A DNA stretch of 63,744 nucleotides, the filler included, from Octopus bimaculoides (Eukaryota): NCBI RefSeq assembly GCF_001194135.2. It is 6 parts of 6 records of this genome, joined end to end, with 100 filler letters (N's around TTAATTAATTAA, not from the genome) between each part and the next. Parts side by side here need not be neighbours in the genome. Positions count along the whole stretch, not along the records: positions 1 to 26,707 come from NC_069007.1; positions 26,808 to 38,924 come from NC_068993.1; 4 more parts are not named here. One strand, given 5' to 3'. Shown one piece after another: positions 22,573 to 35,062 of this stretch. Under the pieces are notes generated by a model. It was not told where the DNA came from. It was given only the letters and a program-made list of their open reading frames with translations, and did not search any database. Position 1 is the stretch's first letter, and every line of letters begins with the position of its first letter. The translations under genes and the position numbers were made by a program.

Positions 22573-22797
22573 GGCAGGATGCATATATATATACATATAT
22601 ATAGTTCAAATTTACAGAAAACAGAAGACAAAGACAGGTAAGGGAATAACAAGCAGGGGAGAGAGATGGAGAGAGAGAGGGAAGGTAGGGCAAAAAAAGG
22701 GGAAAGAGATGGGAAGACAAAGAGAGAGAAAGGGAGTGGGGGAAGAGAGAGAGATAGAGAGAGGAAGAGAAAGAAAGAAGAAAGAGATGTGACTGAC

Positions 22798-23322
22798 CCC
22801 AAGGCCCTGCGGCTCTGACTGCGGCAAAAGGATTGAATGGACGCGCCATAGTAATGATGGCTCGCGCCCAGTAGGACAGGTGTTGCGTCGAAGCATTGCT
22901 TGGCTTCTCTGGAAACCCCCAGGGTTCGACAGCGATGAGATGGTGCACACGTTCAGGGTGGCGGATGGCGTAGGAGGTGGCTAAGAAGGATCCGAGGCTG
23001 TGGCCGAGCAAGATGAAGCGGTTCAGGTGCATCTTCTCGCGCCACTCTTCGATGGAATCGACGAACTGACTCTCTGCCTCTGTCGAATCGTTGCTGAAGC
23101 GTGGTCGCGAACTCCGGCCGAAGCCGAGCACATCAAATGCATAAATGGGTCGTTGTTCTGCAAGAGAGTCAAGGTTGAGCACCCACATGCCGACTCCGCC
23201 TCCCATTCCATGCACCATGACCAACGGCATTTTCTCCAGGTGCCGATTCAACACAATGGTTCGGATTTGGCATTCATTGTTCCTGATCGGCACGAACAAA
23301 GATTCCATCTTGGTCTTGATAC
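22798..23322 (-). CDS. ABHD4/5: ABHD4/5 large exon (525 bp): hydrolase core with HGMGGG, DVLGFGRSSRP, GHSLGSF and EPWGFP
   Basis: Acceptor ctctacccAG at 23324-23323 and donor TGG G|GTCAGT at 22797. Translation aligns with vertebrate ABHD4/ABHD5 from (x)IKTKMESLFV to VRAAGPWG. Confidence 0.97.
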
Positions 23323-23374
23323 CTGGGTAGAGAAGAGGGAGAAAATATAACGGTAGAGAGACTCATAGACTCAC

Positions 23375-23466
23375 CTGTTCGTTGAATCATAGGTTTAAAA
23401 CGAGCAGTCAATTGGTTACGACAACGAGGAACCCAGGTGATACGATCAGCGGAACATGTGTGCATG
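23375..23466 (-). CDS. Tentative upstream ABHD4/5 exon (92 bp): MHTCSADRITWVPRCRNQLTARFKPMIQRT(G)
   Basis: Strong donor CAG|GTGAGT at 23374, a possible acceptor at 23468-23467, and the only open frame is in phase with the 525-bp exon. W-x-P-x5-L-x6-M-I spacing echoes WCPTSISHLKEAEEKML of ABHD5. However, similarity is weak and the implied intron is only 52 nt. Confidence 0.3.
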
Positions 23467-23621
23467 CTGGTAAGTGTTTTTACATGTAGCAAAATCAGTG
23501 TGTGTGTATGCAACCAAGCAGTTGTACGTGTGTGTGCATGCAGCAGTAGTACACGTATGCATGTAGGTAAATCTGCATATGTGTATGCAACCAAGCAGTC
23601 GTACGTGAGTGCAGGTGTGTA

Positions 23622-23840
23622 TAAGGAGGTGCTGAAAAGTTCCTGGCTTTATGGGTATTGCAAAGGGCTTGGTTGGAGGCCCCTAACCTTCTTAATTCTT
23701 TTACAGGTCTTAGAAAAACCGAAGGACCACTGCAATAAGTGTGTGAATCTGAGAGGGGAATATCTTGAATAAAATCATAATTAACTGATTCTCCTGTATT
23801 TTCTTTTACAAACAGCCAGGGATTTTTCAACACCTCCTTG
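23622..23840 (+). mobile_element. Mariner-derived MITE
   Basis: TIRs TAAGGAGGTGCTGAAAAGTTCCTGGCT and AGCCAGGGATTTTTCAACACCTCCTTG. The interior retains the mariner C-terminal remnant DHCNKCVNLRGEYLE*. Confidence 0.8.
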
Positions 23841-24076
23841 CATGTGCATTCAAGGAGTTGTGCATGTGTGCAAGCAGGTAGGTCTGCATGTTTATGTCAA
23901 TGCACCTCAAAAAAAAAAATACCATTTCCCACTTGAAAACTTACATTGGAAGATTTTATGTTCAATCCCTGACAGCTGCATCTTCGATGTTGGCCTCCAG
24001 TTAAACCAAGTATTCTGCTCGCAACGCTCACTGCAAAGAAAACCAGATTGAAAGAAAGAAGGAAAAAACAAAAGAG

Positions 24077-24114
<38 letters not shown>

Positions 24115-24214
24115 AGAGAGAGAGGGGAGAAGAGGGAGAGGGTGAAACAAAGAGAAACAGAAAAGGTTAAAACAAATAAAGAAAGAGAGAGCTGGAGGGA
24201 GGAGAAGGGTAGCT

Positions 24215-24780
24215 TTGTGCATGTATTTGGTAGATGGAAACTGAAAGAAGCCCATCATCTATATATATATATATATGTATATAAAAATGTGCGTGTGGCC
24301 TTGTGGTTCGGGTATTGCATTCACGATCTAGCAATCGTGGGTTCAATTCCTGGACTGAGCAGCACGTTGAGTTCTTGAGCAAAATACTTCACTTCATGTT
24401 GCTCCAGTCCTCTCAGCTGTAAACAGGTCACACTGAGAATGACTGTCCTTTTAACCCTGTCATCACAAACTTAAAGCCTGCTGGGTAGAAACTGAAAGTA
24501 TACCATTGTGTGTGTATATACATGTGTGTGTGTGTGTGTGCACACGTCTTTGCGTCTGTTTGTCCCCCTGTCGCCGTTTGACAACTGGTGTTGGTGTGTT
24601 TATGTCCTTGTAACTTAGCAGTTCAGCAAAAGGGACCAATAGAATAAGTACCAAGCTTGAAAGAAAAAAAGAAAAACATTCTGGGGGTTGATTCATTTGA
24701 CTAAAAATTATTCAAGGCGGTGCCCCAGCATGGCCACGGTCTAATGACTGAAACAAGTAAAAGATAAAAAACAAAAGATG
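24215..24780 (+). mobile_element. SINE cluster: family A core, a family C head (24290-24425), then the family A 3' module
   Basis: GGTAGATGGAAACTGAAAGAAGCCC, then GTGGGTTCAATTCCTGGACTG...TTCTTGAGCAAAATACTT, then TGTTTGTCCCC...GACAACTGGTGTTGGTGTG...CCAGCATGGCCACGGTCTAATGACTGAAAC. Confidence 0.7.
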
Positions 24781-25919
24781 TGAAGGCAGAACATGGTCAA
24801 GGCAGGAATTAATCCCAGAGGGAAGGAGTTAATTCGAGAAGGAAGGAGTTAATTCCAGAGGGAGGATTGATACTTTGGGAGAAGAAGGATTGGATTAAAA
24901 TTAAAGAAATAACAACTGATAAGTACATAACACGGGGAGTAATACAATGTAAGAGGGAGATGCAAAAATGAGGGCAAGCAGGCGTATCATGCCAAAAGGA
25001 CCAAGGCAGAGGAATAAAAATGCATGAAGAATGTATAGAGATATATATTTATATGGGTATAGAATGTTGAACAAACCTGAGCCAGATAATAAAGGAATTC
25101 CAGTAGGATGTTAGAAGGACAGTCAAATAGTTAATGACCAGGCTGGACAATGAATGAACCTTGAGGCTCCCAGGAGGTTTGTTCCGGCCAACAGCTTGGA
25201 CATTTCTGGAAAATAGTCAGTGATCTTGGCAATTTTTTTTCTTTACAGAGTGTATATTTGAGAGCGGAAAAAGACAGGTGACTTGGTTTACCTGGTTAAC
25301 ATAACATCATAAATTATGATAGGCGTGGCAGCTTATCTTCTACTATAAGCCTCAGGCCAACCAAACCTTCGGAAGTGGAATTGGTAGATGGAAACTGAAA
25401 GAAGCCTGTCATATATGTGTGTATGTGTCTTTGTGGAGATTGGGGGGGGGGGTAGATTGGTGAAGCTGAGAGGGCTGATGCTGTGCCTAAACATCAGTCC
25501 NNNNNNNNNNTGGGGGGGGGGTAGATTGGTGAAGCTGAGAGGGCTGATGCTGTGCCTAAACATCAGTCCATCAGTGCACATTTAAAAAAAATAATTAATA
25601 AAAAAACCAAAAAACACAACAAAACCAAAAAAAATCACCTCAAAACAAACAAAACAAATGGGAATGGAAGGGTAGAGAAGGGACCTGGTTCCATGCAACA
25701 AAGGTGAATTGTAATAAAAACACCCAACAAACTGTGTGAATAGGGATTAGACAGGGGGTCACCAATAGGAAGGTTCCACTTGGGCCAGTGCTTGTCTTCA
25801 GTGTTGTGGGTTAAAAACAAATCTTTTTGGCATGGAACTGAACAGCTTCCAATCATGACCATCACTTATATAACACAGAAACAATAGCTATCTATTGATC
25901 TTTTCGTAGGCTGTAGGTA

Positions 25920-26185
25920 CAGGTATGGCTGAGTGGTGAAGAAGCTTGCTTCCTGACCATGAGGTTTTAGGTTCAGTTCCATTGTAAAGGCATCTTGGCC
26001 AAGAGTCTTCTGCTACGTTCTGAGTTCAAATTCTGCTGAGGTCGACTTTGCCTTTCATCCTTTTGGGGTTGATTAAATAAGTACCAGTCACGCACTGGAG
26101 TCAATGTAATCGACTTAATCCCTTTGTCTGTCCTTGTTTGTGCCCTCTCTGTTTAGCCCCTCCCCTGTGGACAGCAAAGAGATAA
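25920..26185 (+). mobile_element. Family A head joined to a family B body
   Basis: GGCTGAGTGGTGAAGAAGCTTGCTTCC...GGTTCAGTTCC, then ACGTTCTGAGTTCAAATTCTGCTGAGGTCGACTTTGCCTTTCATCC...CCCTCTCTGTTTAGCCCC. Confidence 0.7.
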
Positions 26186-26446
26186 ACAATACGCTTTCTA
26201 GTGAGAGCTTTCTGCTGTTTCTAAGTTTCCTATTTGGGGTACATCAAACCAGACTTCTTGACGTNNNNNNNNNNNNNNNNNNNNNNNNNNNNNNNNNNNN
26301 NNNNNNNNNNNNNNNNNNNNNNNNNNNNNNNNNNNNNNNNNNNNNNNNNNNNNNNNNNNNNNNNNNNNNNNNNNNNNNTCACACATGTCTATCTGGGATT
26401 ACATTTTGCTCAATGTGTCATTCGATTTCTCATTTGTTTTTGTCTT

Positions 26447-26504
<58 letters not shown>

Positions 26505-27230
26505 CAACAATTGTTTGCTCCCAGGTATCGTTCGACTAAAGCAGTCCAACAAGTGTCCCAGCATGGCTGCAATCCAATGACTCAAACAAGCACACACACA
26601 CACACACAAACACATTTTGTCAAACCACTTCATAGACAAGCCCACCTCAACTTACGTCGTTTCGTGCACATCTATTTCGACTTCACATTTTTTATTATAT
26701 AAGTTACNNNNNNNNNNNNNNNNNNNNNNNNNNNNNNNNNNNNNNNNNNNNTTAATTAATTAANNNNNNNNNNNNNNNNNNNNNNNNNNNNNNNNNNNNN
26801 NNNNNNNATATACACATATGTGTGTGTATATATATATATATATGTTTATATGTATGTTAGTATTTATGTATGCTTTGTGTGTGTGTGTGTGTTATGTATG
26901 TGAGTGAGGGAACGAGAGAAGTTTTGTAACGTTTGTGTGTGTCCGGGTGTGAAAGTATTTGTGCGTGGAGTTTTGTCTGACACCCCTGTAGCAGGGACAC
27001 GCCGTTGACCCGAAGGAGACAAACACATTCTCCTCCTCCAACCACGTAATCACATCGCACTTCCCCACGTTACGGTCTGTTGATTTGTGTCTGCTTGATA
27101 ATATGTATATGTCTGCGTGCATGTACATGCCTCAGTGTACATATTATGAAACACACACAAACATACATACATACATAATACATACAATAACAAACACACA
27201 CATGTATAGATCTAAGTATGTATGTATATG

Positions 27231-27290
<60 letters not shown>

Positions 27291-27430
27291 TGTGTGTGTG
27301 TGCGTGCGTGTGTGTGTTTGATATCTATCTATCTATCTATCTGTCTATCTATCTATCTATCTATCTTTTTATCTCTCTCTCACACTGTCTGTATATATAT
27401 ATATATATATATATATGTAANNNNNNNNNN

Positions 27431-27471
<41 letters not shown>

Positions 27472-27478
27472 AATATAT

Positions 27479-27563
<85 letters not shown>

Positions 27564-28345
27564 CTTATAGACAGTAGACAGACTGACAGACAGACATGTA
27601 GAGATATTTACATACATGCAGTTACACACACATGCATGTGTGTATGTGTATATATAAATATAAATATATGTGTTTATTTATTTATATATATATATANNNN
27701 NNNNNNNNNNNNNNNNNNNNNNNNNNNNNNNNNNNNNNNNNNNNNNNNNNNNNNNNNNNNNNNNNNNNNNNNNNNNNNNNNNNNNNNNNNNNNNNNNNNN
27801 NNNNNNNNNNNNNNNNNNNNNNNNNNNNNNNNNNNNNNNNNNNNNNNNNNNNNNNNNNNNNNNNNNNNNNNNNNNNNNNNNNNNNNNNNNNNNNNNNNNN
27901 NNNNNNNNNNNNNNNNNNNNNNNNNNNNNNNNNNNNNNNNNNNNNNNNNNNNNNNNNNNNNNNNNNNNNNNNNNNNNNNNNNNNNNNNNNNNNNNNNNNN
28001 NNNNNNNNNNNNNNNNNNNNNNNNNNNNNNNNNNNNNNNNNNNNNNNNNNNNNNNNNNNNNNNNNNNNNNNNNNNNNNNNNNNNNNNNNNNNNNNNNNNN
28101 NNNNNNNNNNNNNNAGAGGGAGGGAGGGAGAGAGAGATTGAGTGATGAAACAGGGAAAAGAAAAGTCTTGGGATTGAGAGAACCAGACATGCTTAAAGAC
28201 GTTTTTTTTTTAAATTTCTACCAGTGTGTGTGAGAAACGATATCTGTTTGAGAGGATCTTGCTATAAATCTATGTATTTTCTGAGACTGTGTTAGGTATC
28301 TATGCAAACATATATGCATACAAACAGAAATAAATCCATGCACAG

Positions 28346-28378
<33 letters not shown>

Positions 28379-29554
28379 CACACACATATAGTGACACAAG
28401 TATGTATACCCGAGAGACAGGCCACCGATTGACACTCACGCTAATTCACACGTACTCATACATACAGACACACCCACACGTATCCACTCACACACGCGTG
28501 TGTCTCCTTCACACACGCATGCAAATAAGTTAACAGCGTGTGACATGTGTGTACGGTGGATTTATGCCGGGTCGGGGTAGATGGATTGTGTCCCATCGGG
28601 TCAATTATGTCTCTGTCACGAAAGATTCTCTCTCATATATACATATATATGTATGTATGTGCGTGCGTGCCTTTGTGTGTGTGAGTTTATATATNNNNNN
28701 NNNNNNNNNNNNNNNNNNNNNNNNNNNNNNNNNNNNNNNNNNNNNNNNNNNNNNNNNNNNNNNNNNNNNNNNNNNNNNNNNNNNNNNNNNNNNNNNNNNN
28801 NNNNNNNNNNNNNNNNNNNNNNNNNNNNNNNNNNNNNNNNNNNNNNNNNNNNNNNNNNNNNNNNNNNNNNNNNNNNNNNNNNNNNNNNNNNNNNNNNNNN
28901 NNNNNNNNNNNNNNNNNNNNNNNNNNNNNNNNNNNNNNNNNNNNNNNNNNNNNNNNNNNNNNNNNNNNNNNNNNNNNNNNNNNNNNNNNNNNNNNNNNNN
29001 NNNNNNNNNNNNNNNNNNNNNNNNNNNNNNNNNNNNNNNNNNNNNNNNNNNNNNNNNNNNNNNNNNNNNNNNNNNNNNNNNNNNNNNNNNNNNNNNNNNN
29101 NNNNNNNNNNNNNNNNNNNNNNNNNNNNNNNNNNNNNNNNNNNNNNNNNNNNNNNNNNNNNNNNNNNNNNNNNNNNNNNNNNNNNNNNNNNNNNNNNNNN
29201 NNNNNNNNNNNNNNNNNNNNNNNNNNNNNNNNNNNNNNNNNNNNNNNNNNNNNNNNNNNNNNNNNNNNNNNNNNNNNNNNNNNNNNNNNNNNNNNNNNNN
29301 NNNNNNNNNNNNNNNNNNNNNNNNNNNNNNNNNNNNNNNNNNNNNNNNNNNNNNNNNNNNNNNNNNNNNNNNNNNNNNNNNNNNNNNNNNNNNNNNNNNN
29401 NNNNNNNNNNNNNNNNNNNNNNNNNNNNNNNNNNNNNNNNNNNNNNNNNNNNNNNNNNNNNNNNNNNNNNNNNNNNNNNNNNNNNNNNNNNNNNNNNNNN
29501 NNNNNTATATATATATATACATGTATATTTATATTTATATATGTACATATTTAT

Positions 29555-29596
<42 letters not shown>

Positions 29597-32129
29597 ATGC
29601 ACACGCGCGTGCACACGCGCACATACACGCGCGCAAATAATATATATTTATATGTATGTACAGTATATAAGGGTGGATATTGGGGTGTTACAAGTATAAA
29701 CGAATGCGTGTGCTTCTGTATGCACGAGCTTATCTGTTTATTAACTGGGTACTTGCACCTTGCATGCATGTGTGCGTGTGTGCGCGAAAGTGTATGCATG
29801 TGCGTGTGCGGGTACGTACACGTGTTTGTGTATATGTGACAGTTAGTTACATGCGGGTGCGTGTGAATGTGTGTATGTTGCGTTAGGCTAAACCCAGTCA
29901 AATTCAGAAATTCGCATAGATCCAACCTACTAGCGAAACCATTCCAGCCGTGACAACCATGACACATTTTAATGAGTAGCTACACTTATACTGTGTATAG
30001 CATGATTCTGAAGGGCACTCTTACGTGGCCACTCACACTGCAAGAAATAACAGCCAAATAACGAACTAAATATAAGGTACTCTTTCAAAAGAGAAAACCG
30101 TGTGTTTATAACTGTAAACACAGATATATACATTTGTGTGAATGCCTGTACGTGGTGCGTGTGTGTATGTTTGTGCGTGCTTTGTGTTTCCATGCATCAT
30201 ATATATAGGACGGGCTTCTTTCAGTTNNNNNNNNNNNNNNNNNNNNNNNNNNNNNNNNNNNNNNNNNNNNNNNNNNNNNNNNNNNNNNNNNNNNNNNNNN
30301 NNNNNNNNNNNNNNNNNNNNNNNNNNACTACTATGCATAAATGTATACACATACGTACCCCCAATTCTCACGTATATTTGTGAGTGTGTATATAAAAATA
30401 TATTGACATATGTATATACATGTTTATATATTTCATCATACATATTTATCATACACGTCGTTAGGTATGTATATTCACACACACACGTATATATATATAT
30501 ATATATATATATCATCACCTCACCACAATTAGTAATTGTAATAATGATCATTTCTATTTTAGGCACAATTAGTAATAAATCTTCATGGATTACATCGACC
30601 CAGTACTTTATTTTATCAACGGTTCGTTAAGGATGAAAGACAAATTTCTCTCCGGCGGGAATTGAACCCAGAAAATATAAAGCCGTTGAAATATCGTCAA
30701 GCATTGCATCCGACCATAGCTTTTTAATTATTCATATCGTGAAATCAGCAAAACTTACAAAGCAGGGCCTAGGTGTGACACCCACACTATGCGTTCCTCT
30801 ATTAAATGATGGATTAGGGAGTAGAAACGGCAAGCCACGATATACGTATATTTACACAGAAGCCTCTGAAATACGCGAAGTCCTGCCGGTAACTTCGTAG
30901 TGTGTTTATTACTTAAGGACGCAGAACCCATGGATGGATTGTTCTTATGTGAACACCGTGGGGTAGACTCTATATGTTTATAATATTATGAATTTTACGT
31001 TTTTTGTTTGTGTGAGGTTGAATTCGGGTGTGTGTGTGTGCGTGTGCGTGTGTGTATGAATGTGTATTGTGTAAGTGTAGGAATACGTAGCTTTGCGTGT
31101 GTGCGCGCATTCATGTGTGCGTATATGCGTGTGGTAGAATGTACTTTATTTTGGTTACGTAGCCCTAGGTCAATACTGTGTGTGTGTGTGTGTGTATGTG
31201 TCTTTGTCATTATATATATATATATACACGTAAATATTCCTCACACACACATGCTCACACGCGCGGTTTTATACGTGTGTATTTGAGGGTGCATTGGTAT
31301 TTATGTTGCTCCTCATTCATATATTTGTACAGAGAAACACGCACACATGCATATGTCTGTATGTATATACATGTGTCTGTGCGTGCGTGCGTTGTATGTA
31401 CATATGTATATATATAAGTATATATATATACATACACACGCACACACACANNNNNNNNNNNNNNNNNNNNNNNNNNNNNNNNNNNNNNNNNNNNNNNNNN
31501 NNNNNNNNNNNNNNNNNNNNNNNNNNNNNNNNNNNNNNNNNNNNNNNNNNNNNNNNNNNNNNNNNNNNNNNNNNNNNNNNNNNNNNNNNNNNNNNNNNNN
31601 NNNNNNNNNNNNNNNNNNNNNNNNNNNNNNNNNNNNNNNNNNNNNNNNNNNNNNNNNNNNNNNNNNNNNNNNNNNNNNNNNNNNNNNNNNNNNNNNNNNN
31701 NNNNNNNNNNNNNNNNNNNNNNNNNNNNNNNNNNNNNNNNNNNNNNNNNNNNNNNNNNNNNNNNNNNNNNNNNNNNNNNNNNNNNNNNNNNNNNNNNNNN
31801 NNNNNNNNNNNNNNNNNNNNNNNNNNNNNNNNNNNNNNNNNNNNNNNNNNNNNNNNNNNNNNNNNNNNNNNNNNNNNNNNNNNNNNNNNNNNNNNNNNNN
31901 NNNNNNNNNNNNNNNNNNNNNNNNNNNNNNNNNNNNNNNNNNNNNNNNNNNNNNNNNNNNNNNNNNNNNNNNNNNNNNNNNNNNNNNNNNNNNNNNNNNN
32001 NNNNNNNNNNNNNNNNNNTATATATATAAATATACATATACATACATATATGGATGTATGTACTTTATAAATGTAATTTAGGTATCTTATATAGGTTTTG
32101 GGCCTTATTATTCTAGTCTGTGTCACGGT

Positions 32130-32290
32130 ATTGAACTCCAGCTGGAGTAGTCGCATTCAGTTAATGTGTTGTTTGTTGATTAACAATACATATCGACGGG
32201 TTGGTGGTGTATCTAGTATTCCTTGGAGGAATTTTTCCACATACCGTTTGAATGTTAGACTATCTTCCTCCTTGGAGATGATTGCACTAT
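32130..32290 (-). mobile_element. Degenerate CR1/L2-type LINE 3' coding remnant
   Basis: Minus frame SLTFKRYVEKFLQGILDTPPTRRYVLLINK parallels the FK..LDKFL..IPD.P C-terminal motif also seen at 30-330. Confidence 0.45.
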
Positions 32291-34228
32291 GTATCTACCT
32301 ACCTATACATGCATACGTACATATATATATATACATACATACACATATACACGCGCACACACATATATGTATATGTATGCATGTATGTATATGTATATGT
32401 ATATATATATCTGTATGTATATATATAAATATATATATATATANNNNNNNNNNNNNNNNNNNNNNNNNNNNNNNNNNNNNNNNNNNNNNNNNNNNNNNNN
32501 NNNNNNNNNNNNNNNNNNNNNNNNNNNNNNNNNNNNNNNNNNNNNNNNNNNNNNNNNNNNNNNNNNNNNNNNNNNNNNNNNNNNNNNNNNNNNNNNNNNN
32601 NNNNNNNNNNNNNNNNNNNNNNNNNNNNNNNNNNNNNNNNNNNNNNNNNNNNNNNNNNNNNNNNNNNNNNNNNNNNNNNNNNNNNNNNNNNNNNNNNNNN
32701 NNNNNNNNNNNNNNNNNNNNNNNNNNNNNNNNNNNNNNNNNNNNNNNNNNNNNNNNNNNNNNNNNNNNNNNNNNNNNNNNNNNNNNNNNNNNNNNNNNNN
32801 NNNNNNNNNNNNNNNNNNNNNNNNNNNNNNNNNNNNNNNNNNNNNNNNNNNNNNNNNNNNNNNNNNNNNNNNNNNNNNNNNNNNNNNNNNNNNNNNNNNN
32901 NNNNNNNNNNNNNNNNNNNNNNNNNNNNNNNNNNNNNNNNNNNNNNNNNNNNNNNNNNNNNNNNNNNNNNNNNNNNNNNNNNNNNNNNNNNNNNNNNNNN
33001 NNNNNNNNNNNNNNNNNNNNNNNNNNNNNNNNNNNNNNNNNNNNNNNNNNNNNNNNNNNNNNNNNNNNNNNNNNNNNNNNNNNNNNNNNNNNNNNNNNNN
33101 NNNNNNNNNNNNNNNNNNNNNNNNNNNNNNNNNNNNNNNNNNNNNNNNNNNNNNNNNNNNNNNNNNNNNNNNNNNNNNNNNNNNNNNNNNNNNNNNNNNN
33201 NNNNNNNNNNNNNNNNNNNNNNNNNNNNNNNNNNNNNNNNNNNNNNNNNNNNNNNNNNNNNNNNNNNNNNNNNNNNNNNNNNNNNNNNNNNNNNNNNNNN
33301 NNNNNNNNNNNNNNNNNNNNNNNNNNNNNNNNNNNNNNNNNNNNNNNNNNNNNNNNNNNNNNNTATATATATATTTATATATATATATATATGTGTGTGT
33401 GTGTATGTGTGTATGTGTGTGTGTGTGTGCATATGTGTATTTGCCTACGTTGTGTGCATCTGTTCGATATGTGTGTGCGAGAGAGCTTGTCATTTTGTAT
33501 GTTTGTGTGTACATATATGTATATGTGTATGCTTGTGTATGTGCGTACATATGTGTATGCGTATGTGTGCGTATGTGTATTCGGGTGTATGTATGTACAT
33601 GTATGTGTAGCTCTGTGTGCATGTGCTTGGATCTGCGCGTGTGACCGAATGTGTGTATGTGTGTTTGCATTTAATCGGTTGCATATACATGTATGTGTAT
33701 CTGTGTGTGTGTATATATGTGCTTGGATCTGCGTGCGCGCCGCGTGTGTGAAATGAGGATGTTGGTGGATGTGCGTATTGTGGTATGTGGGTGCGCTTGT
33801 CTGTTCGTGTACATGTCGAATTGCGTGTATGGTTGTGTTCGAGTATATACATTGATATGTGTGTGTGTGTGTGTGTGTGTGTGTATGCTCCTGTATTTGT
33901 GTACGTGAGTGTGAGAGTGAAAGAGAGAGAGAGAGAGAGAGAGGAGAAAGAGAAAGGGAGGGAGAGGGAGGAAGAAGAGAGAAAGGAAGAGCGAAGTCTG
34001 CTTCTGTTTAAAAGTTATGGGTATATATACTTGTATATGTGTATATATTTTGTTTTGTTTTGTGTGTGTATGTGTGTGTGTGGTGTGTGTATGTGTGTGT
34101 GTGGTGTGTGTATGTGTGTGTGTGTGAGAGAGAGAGAGATTGAAAGAGAGAGTGGAAGACGTTTGCATATGTTTGCAATGTGTGATTGCATTCGTGCATG
34201 TGTATCCATACATATATATGCTTTTTAC

Positions 34229-34368
34229 ATGTTTCAGTCATTTAACTGCGGCCATGCTGGAGCACCGCATGTAGCCGAACGAATCGACCCCAGGACTTAT
34301 TCTTTATAAGCGTAGTACTTATTCTATCGGTCTCTTTTGCCGAACCGCGATGGTGCGAGAGGGACAAA

Positions 34369-34410
<42 letters not shown>

Positions 34411-34560
34411 TATATATATATACGACGGGCTTCTTTCAGTTTCCGTCCACCAAATACACTCACAAGGCTTTGGTCGGCCCGAGGCTATAGTAGAAGACAC
34501 TTTGTCCAAGGTGCCACACGCAAAAGGACTGAACCCAGAACCATGTGTGGAACTGAACCC
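34229..34560 (-). mobile_element. Well-preserved composite family A SINE with internal (CA)n(TA)n
   Basis: 3' module at 34229-34368, microsatellite at 34370-34421, core and head at 34422-34560. Confidence 0.8.
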
Positions 34561-34769
34561 AGAATCAAATAGTACTTTTTTTCACGCCTGGTCCTTATTC
34601 TGTGGGTCAGTGTATGACGAACCGCTAATTTAAAGAAACGTAAACAAAACAACACAGGTTGCCAGGCCATGGTCGGTGGACACACACAAACACAAAGAGA
34701 CAAACACACACCCAGACACACACACATACATACACACAAACATACATACATACACACGCACACGCGCAG

Positions 34770-34812
<43 letters not shown>

Positions 34813-35022
34813 CATACACGTATGTATACATATACTGACGGGCTTCTTCTAGTTTCTGCCTTCCAAATCTACTCACGAGGGTTTGATCAGCCCGAGGCTA
34901 TAGCAAAAGACACCTACCCAAGATACCACGCAGTGGGTTTGAACTCACATCCATGTGGTTGAGAAGCAAACTTCTTAGCACATGGCCTGTATCATTTATG
35001 TATATATTCTTAACTGACAGAC

Positions 35023-35062
<40 letters not shown>

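Noticed and set aside
25441-25570. Exact ~60-bp direct duplication (G-run...AAACATCAGTCC) around a 10-N gap
   Set aside because: Typical unmerged contig overlap at a homopolymer, so most likely an assembly artefact.
26752-26763. TTAATTAATTAA palindrome isolated between N runs, repeated at 38969, 50698, 57785 and 62386
   Set aside because: Each sits in an identical 44N+12+44N = 100-bp block and has stop codons in all six frames. It is a scaffolding linker, not biology. It means the satellite contig (50754-57740) and other neighbours are joined artificially.
30757-30800. Short minus-strand segment bounded by AG and GTAAGT, and similar unique patches at 25249-25277, 26970-27080 and 28545-28625
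   Set aside because: Splice-like signals are present, but I recognise no protein similarity and cannot link them to ABHD4/5 or any other gene without transcript data.
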